Below are positions 18,617-28,144 of a stretch of DNA of 64,000 bases, in pieces (the stretch's first letter is position 1; each line of letters opens with the position of its first letter). The position numbers and the translations under genes are program-made. The notes under the pieces are model-generated. The model did no database searches and had not been told where the DNA came from. It saw only the letters and a list, made by a program, of their open reading frames with translations. The DNA is from Candidatus Hermodarchaeum yapensis (GTDB taxonomy: Archaea > Asgardarchaeota > Hermodarchaeia > Hermodarchaeales > Hermodarchaeaceae). The stretch lies in assembly GCA_016840405.1 (NCBI GenBank), contig JAEOSK010000011.1:2634-66633 (forward strand), read 5' to 3'.

Positions 18617-20179
18617 TCAAGACTGTTCTAGCTTGGAAAACTGCCGCAATAAAGTATTTCGCTTTGTGCCTACATCGATTCTATCCCAGGGGAAATGAAC
18701 CTCAGTAGAATAGTCCGCTGTTGCCAGAGTCTCAAGATTTAGGTCTAGCCCTTTAGCTGTTTGAAACCATGTTCCCGCTGTCCTTGTTGGTTTCCGGGCA
18801 ACTGAATTAAGTAGTGGAGCAATCTCGCTAGTACCTCGTGAAAGAGCTGCCTGTATGACAGCCCAGCGTGGATTTGGTAAATCCAGTTGGATACGTCCAT
18901 ATCGTCGAAGTCTTTGAAGGTGTCGAAGGCGCTTCTTCAAAGTGTTTAACGGTGTAAGACCAACCCATTGGTAAGGCGTATGTGGCTTGGGTATGAAGGG
19001 TGCCACGCTCACATGAAGTCGATGACGGCGATCAGAGAGCTCAAGGAGATTGACACAAAATTGCTGTATGGCTTGAATATCGTGATCCGTTTCAGTAGGC
19101 AATCCAATCATGAAGTATAACTTGAATTGATTAAACCCTGCTGCTAAAGCCTCACTGAAAATCTGCTTGAATGTGTCATCAGGAATTGCTTTTCCAATAA
19201 CCGTTCGCAGTTGCTCTGATCCTGCTTCGGGTGCGAAAGTTAGCGTTCGTTGTCCCCCTTCATAGATAGATTTGAAGATGTCTGTATCACTGACATCAGC
19301 GCGAAGGGAAGGAACGGAGAGTTGCTTGCCCTTACTCACAATGCCTGCTAACAACTCCTTCAAGTCTGAATGATCAGTGAATCCAGATGCTAGCAATGCA
19401 ACTTTGTCTACTCCTGTGCAGTCAGTTCCCTCTTCAACAATGTGAGTTAGGGTCGAAAGAGACCGCTCCCGACGAGGATTGCACTGGTAAGTTGTCAAGC
19501 AGAAATCACACCTGCGATCGCACCCCCGAGAAATTTCCGCTAACAAACTTTGCCCAAAGATAGGTTCGAGCTCAGGAGGATAAGGAGGATCAGGTAGAAT
19601 CTGACAAGTTGGGTGAAAAGCAGCATCTAAATCTTTGACAAATGCGCGCTGTACTGTCATCCTCTCTGGTAGAAAGAAATGAGGACCCAATGACGAATCA
19701 AAATCAGTTTGGCTATTAGCTTCTAAAAGAGCATTAAGCAGTTCTTGGTAAACGGGTTCGATATCACCAATTTGAAAGATATCTACAAAGGGTAGCATAG
19801 GAAACGGATTCGCTATGACACAAGGGCCGCCTGCGACAACCCAAGGCCGTTTTCGGTCAGCAGCTAATGGAGAAATTCCCGATTGTTGAAGCATTTCAAC
19901 TGCATTGACGAAATCATTTTCAAATTGTAACGAAAACGCTACCACATCAAACTTTGATAGTAATTGACCTGATTCTAGAGACTGGGCTGGCTCGCCAGGA
20001 ACATGAAATGCCCGTTCACAGGCAACGTCAGGATGCTGGTTGAAGAGGATATACAGGAGATGGATAGCAAGACTTGTCATCCCAACGCGATAGGTGCTTG
20101 GGTAACAAAGTGCAATGCGTAGTTGGACCTTTCGCCAATCCTTTTGCACAACATTGCGTTCTCTTAACTGAACAGGCAT
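18617..20179 (-). CDS. B12-binding-domain radical SAM protein
   Basis: Radical SAM cluster motif 'CDRRCDFC' (CxxxCxxC). The N-terminal ~130 aa resemble a cobalamin-binding Rossmann-like domain. Confidence 0.8.
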   Translation of the reverse strand: MPVQLRERNVVQKDWRKVQLRIALCYPSTYRVGMTSLAIHLLYILFNQHPDVACERAFHVPGEPAQSLESGQLLSKFDVVAFSLQFENDFVNAVEMLQQSGISPLAADRKRPWVVAGGPCVIANPFPMLPFVDIFQIGDIEPVYQELLNALLEANSQTDFDSSLGPHFFLPERMTVQRAFVKDLDAAFHPTCQILPDPPYPPELEPIFGQSLLAEISRGCDRRCDFCLTTYQCNPRRERSLSTLTHIVEEGTDCTGVDKVALLASGFTDHSDLKELLAGIVSKGKQLSVPSLRADVSDTDIFKSIYEGGQRTLTFAPEAGSEQLRTVIGKAIPDDTFKQIFSEALAAGFNQFKLYFMIGLPTETDHDIQAIQQFCVNLLELSDRRHRLHVSVAPFIPKPHTPYQWVGLTPLNTLKKRLRHLQRLRRYGRIQLDLPNPRWAVIQAALSRGTSEIAPLLNSVARKPTRTAGTWFQTAKGLDLNLETLATADYSTEVHFPWDRIDVGTKRNTLLRQFSKLEQS

Positions 20180-20342
20180 CTACACCAAGCCAACTTCGTG
20201 TATCCCTTAACACTTCTAGTATAGTATAGTTCTCTTCCTAGCCCAGTTTCCCCGTTACAAAAGCTTGCCGACTTAACGGTAGTGGATGTTGAGTAACCTC
20301 TGGAGTCGGACTAATGAAAAAACAAAAGGATGAAACGCGAGT

Positions 20343-20627
20343 TTAATCACTTGAGAGGGATACAAGCGAGTGGAGTGAAGGAGATTCGACTGCTATTCGC
20401 CCCTTCATTGATTCGAGCTCTGCGAGAAACGTTCGCAATGCTTTTGCTCGCTTGAAAACACGGACTATACCTAGTTCAGTGATTCGGAGTACCGCTACTC
20501 GGTTCATCACTTCCACATAGATACCACCGAGATACAGATCATGCTTCAAGAAGATTCTCCGCCCTGATTCATTCTCTGCATTTCGAGCTTTCCAAAAACC
20601 CTGCCGCTGAAGTGTTCGAGCAAACAT
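20343..20627 (-). CDS. Hypothetical protein
   Basis: 94-aa ORF in an otherwise non-coding 680-nt gap. No recognisable motif. Confidence 0.3.
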   Translation of the reverse strand: MFARTLQRQGFWKARNAENESGRRIFLKHDLYLGGIYVEVMNRVAVLRITELGIVRVFKRAKALRTFLAELESMKGRIAVESPSLHSLVSLSSD

Positions 20628-20857
20628 GCTAGCCAGACCCGAACTAATAGCGTATCAAACGCTAATAAGCCTTACCGGTTCGCTTTCCTAGAAAACCGTT
20701 TTAAGTCGGTTTAATTTCTAACGAAAAACCCCTAGTTCCACGTTGGCTTTCAAACCTAACTTTAAAACAAACTTACAGAAACAAAGGTTGTATAAAAAGC
20801 GGTTAATATCCAGATAACATGCGCGCGCATAAAGGGGGTAATATCGACTCGCTGAAT

Positions 20858-21448
20858 CTAAGCCGAGGCTGTAGGTTGAGTAAGCAGTTTGCTTTTTCGA
20901 ATTTCACTCTTGCGCAGAGGAAAGATAGTCTTTGCTTTGTTGTAAATGTCACTACCAATTTTTCCAAGAACGCATTCTTGAATGAAGGCATCAAAGTTGA
21001 GTCGTTTTGCCCGTTTGGTGATTACGTCTTGCATGACTGAACGGATGGCAGATTGTTGGGTGGTTTTTGCTCGTCGCAGGGGAAAGGCGATAGCGTAGAT
21101 TCGAATCTTGAATTCGTCTTTAGTCGTCACATCAAAGATGCCATCAATACGGCTGCTGCCGCGACGAACTAAACTGCGGAGATAATCTCTGGTGAAGTCG
21201 TGACCAGCAAAATGAGTATATGCTTTATCACCTTTCACATCGTCTATTTGGAAGTAAAGTTTGATGTGAATTTGGTTAAAGTCTCCTGAGATAGCGTAGA
21301 GTGTGGTTTCTACCTTTCGACCAACGAGGATCTTAGCGTTTGCGGCGGGAGTTTCCCCTATCTCAACGTTGCCGAATGAGGAGGGAGCAACCATCATGTA
21401 CCAACGCTTTTCTCGCCATTTGTCACGAACTCGAGATGGACGGCTCAT
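20858..21448 (-). CDS. rps3ae: Ribosomal protein S3Ae (eS1)
   Basis: 'KWREKRWYMMVAPSSFG...GRKVETTLYAISGDF...THFAGHDFTRDYLRSLVRR'. Confidence 0.9.
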   Translation of the reverse strand: MSRPSRVRDKWREKRWYMMVAPSSFGNVEIGETPAANAKILVGRKVETTLYAISGDFNQIHIKLYFQIDDVKGDKAYTHFAGHDFTRDYLRSLVRRGSSRIDGIFDVTTKDEFKIRIYAIAFPLRRAKTTQQSAIRSVMQDVITKRAKRLNFDAFIQECVLGKIGSDIYNKAKTIFPLRKSEIRKSKLLTQPTASA

Positions 21449-21503
21449 TGTTGGTTACCTTGTCTTGTATTGATGACGCGTGAAGGGCAAAACTTGGTCG
21501 CGG

Positions 21504-23000
21504 CTATTTAATTGTTTCCTCATTGTTACTATCTTCGTCGGAGGGTTTCGCCGCTTTCATTCGACCAAGTTGTTTCGTAAGGATGCGTTCGATGACTTGG
21601 AGAAATCGTTCTTCTTGGCCACGCGGAATGGTCGCACCAGCAGCAATATTGTGTCCACCCCCTTCGGAGCCACTTCCAATTTCTTCTGAGGCGAGTTTCA
21701 TGGCTTCACCAAGATCCGCTCCAGCGTCAACTATCCGTCGAGTGGTTCGACCCGAAACTTTGACTCGTCCATCACGTGAATAGACGAAGGCAATAACGGG
21801 CTTTGACCAGTCTAATATTCGGGAGTTCAGGGCCATCCCTGCTATGGAACCAACGATTGTATCAGGTACTTTGCTTTTTGCGTGAAAAGTTTGAATCAAT
21901 TTTCGGGCAACAACGGCGTCAGCATCTTCAGTGAGCCACTGTAGTCCCAAAGCTAGTTGTTCACGATATTCCTTCAAAATACTCTCAGCTTTCCGATAGA
22001 AGGCTCCACGATTGCCCATACAAATTGCTACCCCAATTCCGCCTTGATCTGACCGCCCAGTAGCGTTGAGGAGCGTGGCAAACATGCGAGCATCACGAAG
22101 GTAGCTTCCTTTTTCTTCATTTTTTAAGGTATAGACAACACCGATGAGTGATTGAGCTTCACGCGGTGGGATATTTTGCTTAAGCATGTAGGTTATAAGA
22201 GAAGAATTGAGTTGCCGTTTCTCTTCCTTTGATAAAGAAGCAATTGTTCGTAATCGGTCACCCTCACGAAGTTCAATATCAAGGTCAGCGAGAAAACTTA
22301 GGGCACCTTCGGGATTACTACTAATGCCGGGGATGAAAGGATCACTTGAATATTGGAGCGCAATATGAATGGGTCGTGTTTCACGTCCAAAGATTCGTAA
22401 GTCAATGGATTGATCGATAACATCTGCAGCAATGGCATCCTCAACAATGATTTCTTTGTTCAAACCGATGAACGAATGTTGTTTGCCACGATCTTGAATA
22501 TCTCCTAGGGCGCCGACTACGGCTAACGCTGCCAGGTCTTCATTTGACCCACCCAGATGTCGTGCAGCTAGGTAAGCAACACCAGCCCCTGAAATTTCGT
22601 TGGTTCCATCGAAACCACATAAATGGGGATTAAGCTGGCGAAAATTTGAAGGTAATCTATTCTGATCTGGTGGATGATGATCTAAGATTACAACCTCTCC
22701 TTTGCCCAATGCCTCCTGGATGTGTGGAAGTTGACCACTACCCAAGTCACAGAATATATAACGGCTTAATCCATGAGCGGCAAGTTCTGAAAGAAAAACT
22801 TGGTCAAGCTGACGAGTGATCCGAAGATGAAATGGTGCGTTTCGCCGAACCAGTGCTGAACCAATAATACCTGCGGCTGATATGCCATCAGCATCGAGGT
22901 GAGAAATAACAAAAATGGGCTCGTTGGTTTCAATCCAGTCATTAATTCGACTCGCCGTCAGGTCTGCGAGTTCTAAGAGGCGATCCAAATCTTTTGTCAA
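21504..23000 (-). CDS. RecJ-like DHH phosphoesterase (archaeal Cdc45/GAN-type)
   Basis: 'ISHLDADGISAAG', 'ILDHHPP' and 'GGGHNIAAGA'. The location between rps15 and rps3ae is conserved. Confidence 0.8.
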   Translation of the reverse strand: MTKDLDRLLELADLTASRINDWIETNEPIFVISHLDADGISAAGIIGSALVRRNAPFHLRITRQLDQVFLSELAAHGLSRYIFCDLGSGQLPHIQEALGKGEVVILDHHPPDQNRLPSNFRQLNPHLCGFDGTNEISGAGVAYLAARHLGGSNEDLAALAVVGALGDIQDRGKQHSFIGLNKEIIVEDAIAADVIDQSIDLRIFGRETRPIHIALQYSSDPFIPGISSNPEGALSFLADLDIELREGDRLRTIASLSKEEKRQLNSSLITYMLKQNIPPREAQSLIGVVYTLKNEEKGSYLRDARMFATLLNATGRSDQGGIGVAICMGNRGAFYRKAESILKEYREQLALGLQWLTEDADAVVARKLIQTFHAKSKVPDTIVGSIAGMALNSRILDWSKPVIAFVYSRDGRVKVSGRTTRRIVDAGADLGEAMKLASEEIGSGSEGGGHNIAAGATIPRGQEERFLQVIERILTKQLGRMKAAKPSDEDSNNEETIK

Positions 23001-23026
23001 GGAAATCAGCCGGCAACCTTCTAAGC

Positions 23027-23482
23027 CTAGCGAATGAGAAGTGCGGCTTGCTCTGGTGTATATCTCCAGTCAGCGGGGAGAACACCACGTCGACGATAAT
23101 ATTTCACTAGGCGGCGAATTTTACTCTCAATAAGGCGAAGGCCATACCGAGAGTGAAGGTCCTTTTTTGAATCTTCCAAGTGTCTTCGAAGCGTAACGGC
23201 TCGACTGATAAGGTGGAAAAGATCTTCTGGGACTTTCAAGGATTGCTCGTTCTGGTTAAGAATTTGGGTTATTGTTTTCCCGGTAATTGCTTTTACAAGT
23301 GGAACACCATGTTGATCGCGGAGAATCAGCCCAATCATTGAGGGTTGGTGGCCTTCTTTTGCTAACTTCACTACGAGTTCTTCAACCTCTTCCGGAGTTC
23401 GTTGACACCAATCAGGAGTTTCCAGCCTAATTGGGCGTTTGGAATGAGATTTTCCCTTTTGAGAGGAATGCATTCGAGCCAT
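23027..23482 (-). CDS. rps15: Ribosomal protein S15 (uS15)
   Basis: '[17 protein letters not shown]' N-terminus and '[29 protein letters not shown]'. Confidence 0.9.
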   Translation of the reverse strand: MARMHSSQKGKSHSKRPIRLETPDWCQRTPEEVEELVVKLAKEGHQPSMIGLILRDQHGVPLVKAITGKTITQILNQNEQSLKVPEDLFHLISRAVTLRRHLEDSKKDLHSRYGLRLIESKIRRLVKYYRRRGVLPADWRYTPEQAALLIR

Positions 23483-23596
23483 TCAGTACACCATGTAATC
23501 ATTCTGTTTTCTGGACCAAGATGCTGGTACTATTTTGTAGCACCGGAGAGCAGGTAAGAACAACGCTATTTAAGAATATCCCTGTTGTGTGCCGAA

Positions 23597-24163
23597 TCAA
23601 CTCTGTTCTAAAAGCCAATTTGCAAACTTAGCTAAAGATTTGGCACGGTGTGAAATACGGTTTTTCATTTCTATTGACATTTCCGAATACGTTGAACCAT
23701 CGCCTTCTTTGGGAATGAAGATTGGATCAAATCCCCAATGGGTTCCACGAATCCTGCGAGAGATTGTTCCATCAGTTTTTCCTTCAAAGAGTCGAATTTC
23801 TTCTTTAGGTGCCCCATACGCAATGACACTGCGAAACATTGCTGTGCGATTCTTGACACCTTCCATCAGTTTGAGGATTCCTGGGTTACTTATTGTGTGA
23901 AGGACGTAAGACGAGTAAGGTCCTGGAAACCCATTATAGTGATTGATGAACATCCCAGCATCTTCAACAAAGAGTGGTTGATCAGCTTTGAGTAAAGCCT
24001 GTCTACAGCTATCGCGAGCGATTTCATTCAACGAATTTGACTGGATTTCTATTGGGCGAGCTGGATATTGCTCAATAGTAATTCCAACTCGTTTCAGAAT
24101 GTTTTGGGCTTCGGCAAATTTGTTCTTATTCCCTGTGACAAAGAGTAACGAACTTGAAGTCAT
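23597..24163 (-). CDS. Non-canonical purine NTP pyrophosphatase (Ham1/RdgB)
   Basis: 'LLFVTGNKNKFAEA', 'FVEDAGMFI' and 'FGFDPIFIP'. Confidence 0.85.
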   Translation of the reverse strand: MTSSSLLFVTGNKNKFAEAQNILKRVGITIEQYPARPIEIQSNSLNEIARDSCRQALLKADQPLFVEDAGMFINHYNGFPGPYSSYVLHTISNPGILKLMEGVKNRTAMFRSVIAYGAPKEEIRLFEGKTDGTISRRIRGTHWGFDPIFIPKEGDGSTYSEMSIEMKNRISHRAKSLAKFANWLLEQS

Positions 24164-24169
24164 ATTGTT

Positions 24170-24841
24170 TCACCGTATGCGTTCAGAGATGTATCTTCCT
24201 CGACTTTCAATTGCTCGAACCTTTCGAAAGACGGCTGAGGCGTCTTTCCCGTAGGAGGACTTGTATCCTTGCTCAAATGCAGTATAACAAGTCTCCCAAT
24301 GTGAGTAATGGGTGCTTCGAAGAGCTTGTCGAAGTAAATGTAAATCGGTTCCAAAGTCTTCGGTGTTTTGTGTCATCGTGGCTAACCCAAAGTCAATGAA
24401 ATAGACGATATCTTGGGAAGGCAGAAGTAGATTCGATGTGGTCAAATCACCATGTGTGAGTTGATGTTTATGAAGCCGAGCAACTGCTTTGCCGATTTTT
24501 TTGAAAAGCCTTCGTCGGTCTTTTTCACTGAGTGTGGGCAACTGCTCTTTAACACGTGGTCCACTGATAAACTCCATATGAATGGTTGCGGTATCGGGGT
24601 TGACGTGGAAAATTATTGGAGTGGCAACACCTGCCCGCCGCGCTGAGGAAAGTGATCGGGCTTCGCGTATTGTTCTTTCACCACGAATTTTCAAATCAAG
24701 TTGTGGTATCCGATATGGTTTTTGAATGCGATGTTTTCGAACCACGGGGTATCCATACCAATCCTCTAAAAACAGGGACGCTTCTGCGCCTTTTGCGATT
24801 AGCTTTGGCATCAGTGGTTCATTCCCCCCAAGGTATGTCAA
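24170..24841 (-). CDS. bud32: KEOPS kinase/ATPase Bud32
   Basis: 'LIAKGAEASLF...VVRKHRIQKPYRIPQLD...RTIREARSL', catalytic 'LTHGDLTTSN' and 'FIDFGLA'. It overlaps kae1 by 23 nt. Confidence 0.85.
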   Translation of the reverse strand: MTYLGGNEPLMPKLIAKGAEASLFLEDWYGYPVVRKHRIQKPYRIPQLDLKIRGERTIREARSLSSARRAGVATPIIFHVNPDTATIHMEFISGPRVKEQLPTLSEKDRRRLFKKIGKAVARLHKHQLTHGDLTTSNLLLPSQDIVYFIDFGLATMTQNTEDFGTDLHLLRQALRSTHYSHWETCYTAFEQGYKSSYGKDASAVFRKVRAIESRGRYISERIR

Positions 24842-25805
24842 TCTGATCCAGTCTCCATTTAGGGCGAACTTTACTTTTGGAGAGAGGAGTTGTTGTTTTT
24901 GCGTGGAGCATCAGCAACCCGTTGTAGGCAATCATAGACCCATTATCACCTGCATATTTTGGTGGGACTGATGCAAATTTGGCGGATTGTTCCTCCGCCA
25001 CGAGAGCAAGCATCTCGCGTAATCGCGCATTTGCTGCAACACCTCCGGTGACAATAACTTCTTCACGACCTGTATGGGCTAAAGCCCGTTCGACTACTTC
25101 AGCCACCATTGCAAATGAGGTTTCTTGGAGACTATAACAAATGGTTTCCAGTGGCGAACCATTTGTTAAGAGGCGTTTTGCGGCAGTTAGGAGACCAGAA
25201 AATGCGAGGTCCATGCCTTTAACCGTGTACGGTAACTCCTGATATTCACCTTTAGCTTGTTTAGCTAGTTGTTCGATTTTGGGTCCACCCGGATGCGTAA
25301 GATTAGCCGCACGCGCAAATACATCTAACATATTTCCCAGGGCAATGTCTAAGGTTTCCCCAAAGATTCTGTATCGCCTAGCTTCCAACATGGTAATTTG
25401 GGTATTTCCTCCTGACAAATATACAACAAGAGGTTTCTCTGCTTTGCAGAAGTAACGAGCTTGTTCAATGTGAGCTACACAATGATTAACCCCAAGAAGA
25501 GGAACCCCAAGGGATTTTGCAAGGGTACGGGCCATGACTGCCCCGATTCGGAGTGCAGGGGGAAGTCCAGGTCCTTGGGCATATGCAATCCCCTTCACTT
25601 CAGTGAGGGATACACCAGTTTCGGAAAACACATCTTGGAGAACAACATGCAATTGTTTTTGATGGTGTTCAGCAGCTTCTCGGGGATGAATTCCTCCCAC
25701 TTCTGGTACATACACTGATTTACAATCAGCAAGGATTCGCCCTTCTTCATTCACAACGCCAATCCCGAGTGTGTGTGCAGTGCTTTCAATACCTAAGACA
25801 ATCAT
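24819..25805 (-). CDS. kae1: tRNA N6-adenosine threonylcarbamoyltransferase Kae1
   Basis: 'MIVLGIESTAHTLGIGVV', 'GPGLPPALRIG', 'VNHCVAHIE' and 'VTGGVAANARLREML'. Confidence 0.9.
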   Translation of the reverse strand: MIVLGIESTAHTLGIGVVNEEGRILADCKSVYVPEVGGIHPREAAEHHQKQLHVVLQDVFSETGVSLTEVKGIAYAQGPGLPPALRIGAVMARTLAKSLGVPLLGVNHCVAHIEQARYFCKAEKPLVVYLSGGNTQITMLEARRYRIFGETLDIALGNMLDVFARAANLTHPGGPKIEQLAKQAKGEYQELPYTVKGMDLAFSGLLTAAKRLLTNGSPLETICYSLQETSFAMVAEVVERALAHTGREEVIVTGGVAANARLREMLALVAEEQSAKFASVPPKYAGDNGSMIAYNGLLMLHAKTTTPLSKSKVRPKWRLDQIDIPWGE

Positions 25806-25890
25806 TGGTATCAGACCAGATTAGGAGATGACGGCTAGAGGCAATTGAAGGCATCGACTAAAAGTGTTCGTTCTTTCAATGATGCTGAAC

Positions 25891-26091
25891 CTATTCTTCC
25901 TTCGGTTTCTCTTTTTTCGAAGGTTTGAATTCCGTAAATCCACAACTACCACAGTGGAACCGATCAGCATGTTCAGCCATGAAGGTTCCTTCTCCACAAC
26001 GTGGGCAAGAGCGGCGTTTGCGCTCGAGTTTGCCATCCTTTCCTTGCGCATAATATTCATGAGTTTTTGTCGTCGCTGTTCACCTTTCCAT
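25891..26091 (-). CDS. rps27ae: Ribosomal protein S27ae (eS31), with irregular 5' end
   Basis: Not in the ORF track. The minus-strand frame gives '[62 protein letters not shown]', a classic S27ae zinc ribbon. The only in-frame ATG (26091-26089) is followed by GAA AGG TGA (TGA at 26082-26080). Confidence 0.7.
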
Positions 26092-26109
26092 ATGATTCTA
26101 AAATGAGTT

Positions 26110-26661
26110 TTAGGGAGCATCCTTTTCTTTCGGAGGTTTCTTAGTTCCCTTCTTCTTTTTAGGAGCAGCTTCTGCTTTTTTCTCCTCTTTCTTGGCAGGT
26201 TTCGGTTCCTCTTTGACGGGTTCCTCTGCTGCCTTCTCCTCCTTAGGTGGTTTCGCTTCTTCCTTTGCTTCTTCTGGGGGTTTCTCCTTCTTTGGTGGTT
26301 TCTCCTCAATCTTCTCCTCTGGGGCAACCTCCACTTCTTCCTTAGGAGCAGGTGGGGCAGGTACCGCCGGAGGAGCTTCTTCTGTCGAGTGGCGCTTTAT
26401 AATATGATTCTGTTCCTGAGCTAGGGCTTCTTCTTTTGAAGCATACAGGTGAGCAAGGCCTCGTGTCGACGATTGGCCAAATAGTCCCTGTAATTTGATA
26501 ACATATAGTTGATTTGTTTGACAATTCATTTGCGCTGCAAGTTTGTCACGGACATCTAGACGTGGGGGGGTTGCTGTCCCTGTGTGTTCGACGAGGAAGG
26601 TGATGTCCTGACGTTTGAGGAGCGAATTCTCATGTTTTTCTTCAATCTTGATTTTCATCAT
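26110..26661 (-). CDS. rps24e: Ribosomal protein S24e with P/E/K-rich C-terminal tail of about 85 aa
   Basis: 'MKIKIEEKHENSLLKRQDITFLVEHTGTATPPRLDVRDKLAAQM'. The tail reads 'PAVPAPPAPKEEVEVAPEEKIEEKPPKKEKPPEEAKEEAKPPKEEK...'. Confidence 0.85.
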   Translation of the reverse strand: MMKIKIEEKHENSLLKRQDITFLVEHTGTATPPRLDVRDKLAAQMNCQTNQLYVIKLQGLFGQSSTRGLAHLYASKEEALAQEQNHIIKRHSTEEAPPAVPAPPAPKEEVEVAPEEKIEEKPPKKEKPPEEAKEEAKPPKEEKAAEEPVKEEPKPAKKEEKKAEAAPKKKKGTKKPPKEKDAP

Positions 26662-27205
26662 TTTGCACCATTTGTTGTAGTATGGTGTCAACCGCCTGTT
26701 TGTGTTCTGATGCCACTTCGATGACAACGATTCCCTGATCAGGGAGACCATAAACGACAGCGGAGCCAAGGGGCGCAAGCGCCACCGCAGGTAGTGCCGT
26801 TAGGTCCTCCTCGCCCTCTATTAAGAGTTTCGCAGTTTTCCCAGTTTCGCCCAACATAAGGGATTGTTCAATAGCAATCCACACTTCAGGACGAATTTCA
26901 GCAGCAGGATTAGTTGCATGAAACGTGACATCAGTTTGTAGGTCGTAGTCCAAGGGATCGTGCCGTTTTGTTTTTCCGTCTAGAATGGAAAGTGTTGCTT
27001 GACAATTTACCTTTGCTAGGTTGATTGATACGAGATCACCCACAGCAATTACAGGGTTTAATTTCCGTTTACGGATGTGTGAGCAGGCATCTTCGGCTGC
27101 TCCTAATTCTGAACGTGAGAAAAGTTGCCCTTTGGGACCCTTGAGCGTTTTTCGAAGATGTTCAGGGAGTATTAAGGTGAGCTCTCGTAGCTGCTTTGCA
27201 GCCAA
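26642..27205 (-). CDS. GTP-dependent dephospho-CoA kinase family (DUF359)
   Basis: 'VIAVGDLVSINLAKVNCQATLSILDGKTKRHDP' fits the DUF359 pattern (GD.v...D.kt.R). The location between spt4 and rps24e is conserved. Family call is from memory. Confidence 0.7.
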   Translation of the reverse strand: MAAKQLRELTLILPEHLRKTLKGPKGQLFSRSELGAAEDACSHIRKRKLNPVIAVGDLVSINLAKVNCQATLSILDGKTKRHDPLDYDLQTDVTFHATNPAAEIRPEVWIAIEQSLMLGETGKTAKLLIEGEEDLTALPAVALAPLGSAVVYGLPDQGIVVIEVASEHKQAVDTILQQMVQNDENQD

Positions 27206-27217
27206 CTCAATAACCTC

Positions 27218-27406
27218 TTAACGTACTTGGAGGGCGTACTCTCCGGGTTTGGTAATGTTAAGCTTTTGAGCAATCATAGACTTGTCAGGGTCAAAAATGA
27301 GGACGAGCCCCGAAAAGCTCGATGAGAGATTGGTACTTTTACAAATTGGACAATGCGATTTCGTAGTCATTACGTGGCAGGATTTGCAAGCTTTACGTTT
27401 TGCCAT
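27218..27406 (-). CDS. spt4: Transcription elongation factor Spt4 (RpoE'')
   Basis: 62 aa with zinc ribbon 'CKSC...CPIC'. It immediately follows rpoE'. Confidence 0.8.
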   Translation of the reverse strand: MAKRKACKSCHVMTTKSHCPICKSTNLSSSFSGLVLIFDPDKSMIAQKLNITKPGEYALQVR

Positions 27407-27454
27407 TTTCTTTCGCTCCTATTTCAAATCGACTCGAGGGAAGAGACTGCAGGA

Positions 27455-28063
27455 TTATTTAGATTTGTCCTTTCCTTCTTTCTTTTTCTCCGCTTTTCGT
27501 TTGGATTCAAGCAGTTTTGCGATTTCTTCCTTAATCCAATCTAACTTTCCAAGAAAAGGTTGTCGCATTGTCAGTCCTAATTTCCCACTGCGTGCCCCAC
27601 CATCAATACTCACAGCGACAATTCGTGTTCGGACAAGGTCACCTTCTGTGATAACACGACCGGTTTCCTTACCAACTAGGGCCGCACTTCGAGGATCATA
27701 GGAGAAGAAGTCATCGGTTATTTGACTAACATGACAGAGCCCATCCAGAGGTCCAAGTCGAATAAAAGCTCCAAAATCAACGACTTCTACGACTTCACCT
27801 TGAGCAAGGTAATTTACTTTGGGCTCAAAAGTTAGGATTTTGAGCGTGACATCATGATAGGTGGCGCCATCCCCAGGAATAATTTTGCCTATTCCAATAT
27901 TGAGAACATCAGTGACCGCAATGACGAACCCGAAGTCGACATCAATGATGCCTTCGTATTGTTCTCGAAGAATTTCTTCAGCGACTACGTACAAGTCCTC
28001 ACTGAATCGGTTTGGCGGAATTCGCACATGCCCTTTAATGGTGACAGCTTGGTAGATATTCAT
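27455..28063 (-). CDS. rpoE: RNA polymerase subunit E' (Rpo7) with short K-rich tail
   Basis: 'MNIYQAVTIKGHVRIPP', the S1 domain 'GEVVEVVDFGAFIRLGPLDGLCHVSQI', and the tail 'ESKRKAEKKKEGKDKSK'. Confidence 0.9.
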   Translation of the reverse strand: MNIYQAVTIKGHVRIPPNRFSEDLYVVAEEILREQYEGIIDVDFGFVIAVTDVLNIGIGKIIPGDGATYHDVTLKILTFEPKVNYLAQGEVVEVVDFGAFIRLGPLDGLCHVSQITDDFFSYDPRSAALVGKETGRVITEGDLVRTRIVAVSIDGGARSGKLGLTMRQPFLGKLDWIKEEIAKLLESKRKAEKKKEGKDKSK

Positions 28064-28144
28064 GCCTCCGATTTCGGAACGGTTACAAGAGGGGCTGATA
28101 AGCTTTTCTATTCTATGGGAAAGCAGGCGTTTCCTGTGTTGTTG

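Noticed and set aside
26080-26082. Possibility that TGA is reassigned genome-wide
   Set aside because: Several genes in the window terminate at TGA exactly where the next gene starts (rrp41/rrp42 at 9329-9331; AcnX large/small at 35840-35842). Apart from the intron-like cbf5 insert (47285-47326, TGA and TAA), no other in-frame TGA interrupts a recognisable protein.
25821-26327. 168-aa K/R-rich minus-strand ORF
   Set aside because: It is an alternative-frame read through the S24e tail and the S27ae gene. The S27ae frame gives a textbook zinc-ribbon protein and this frame gives nothing recognisable.
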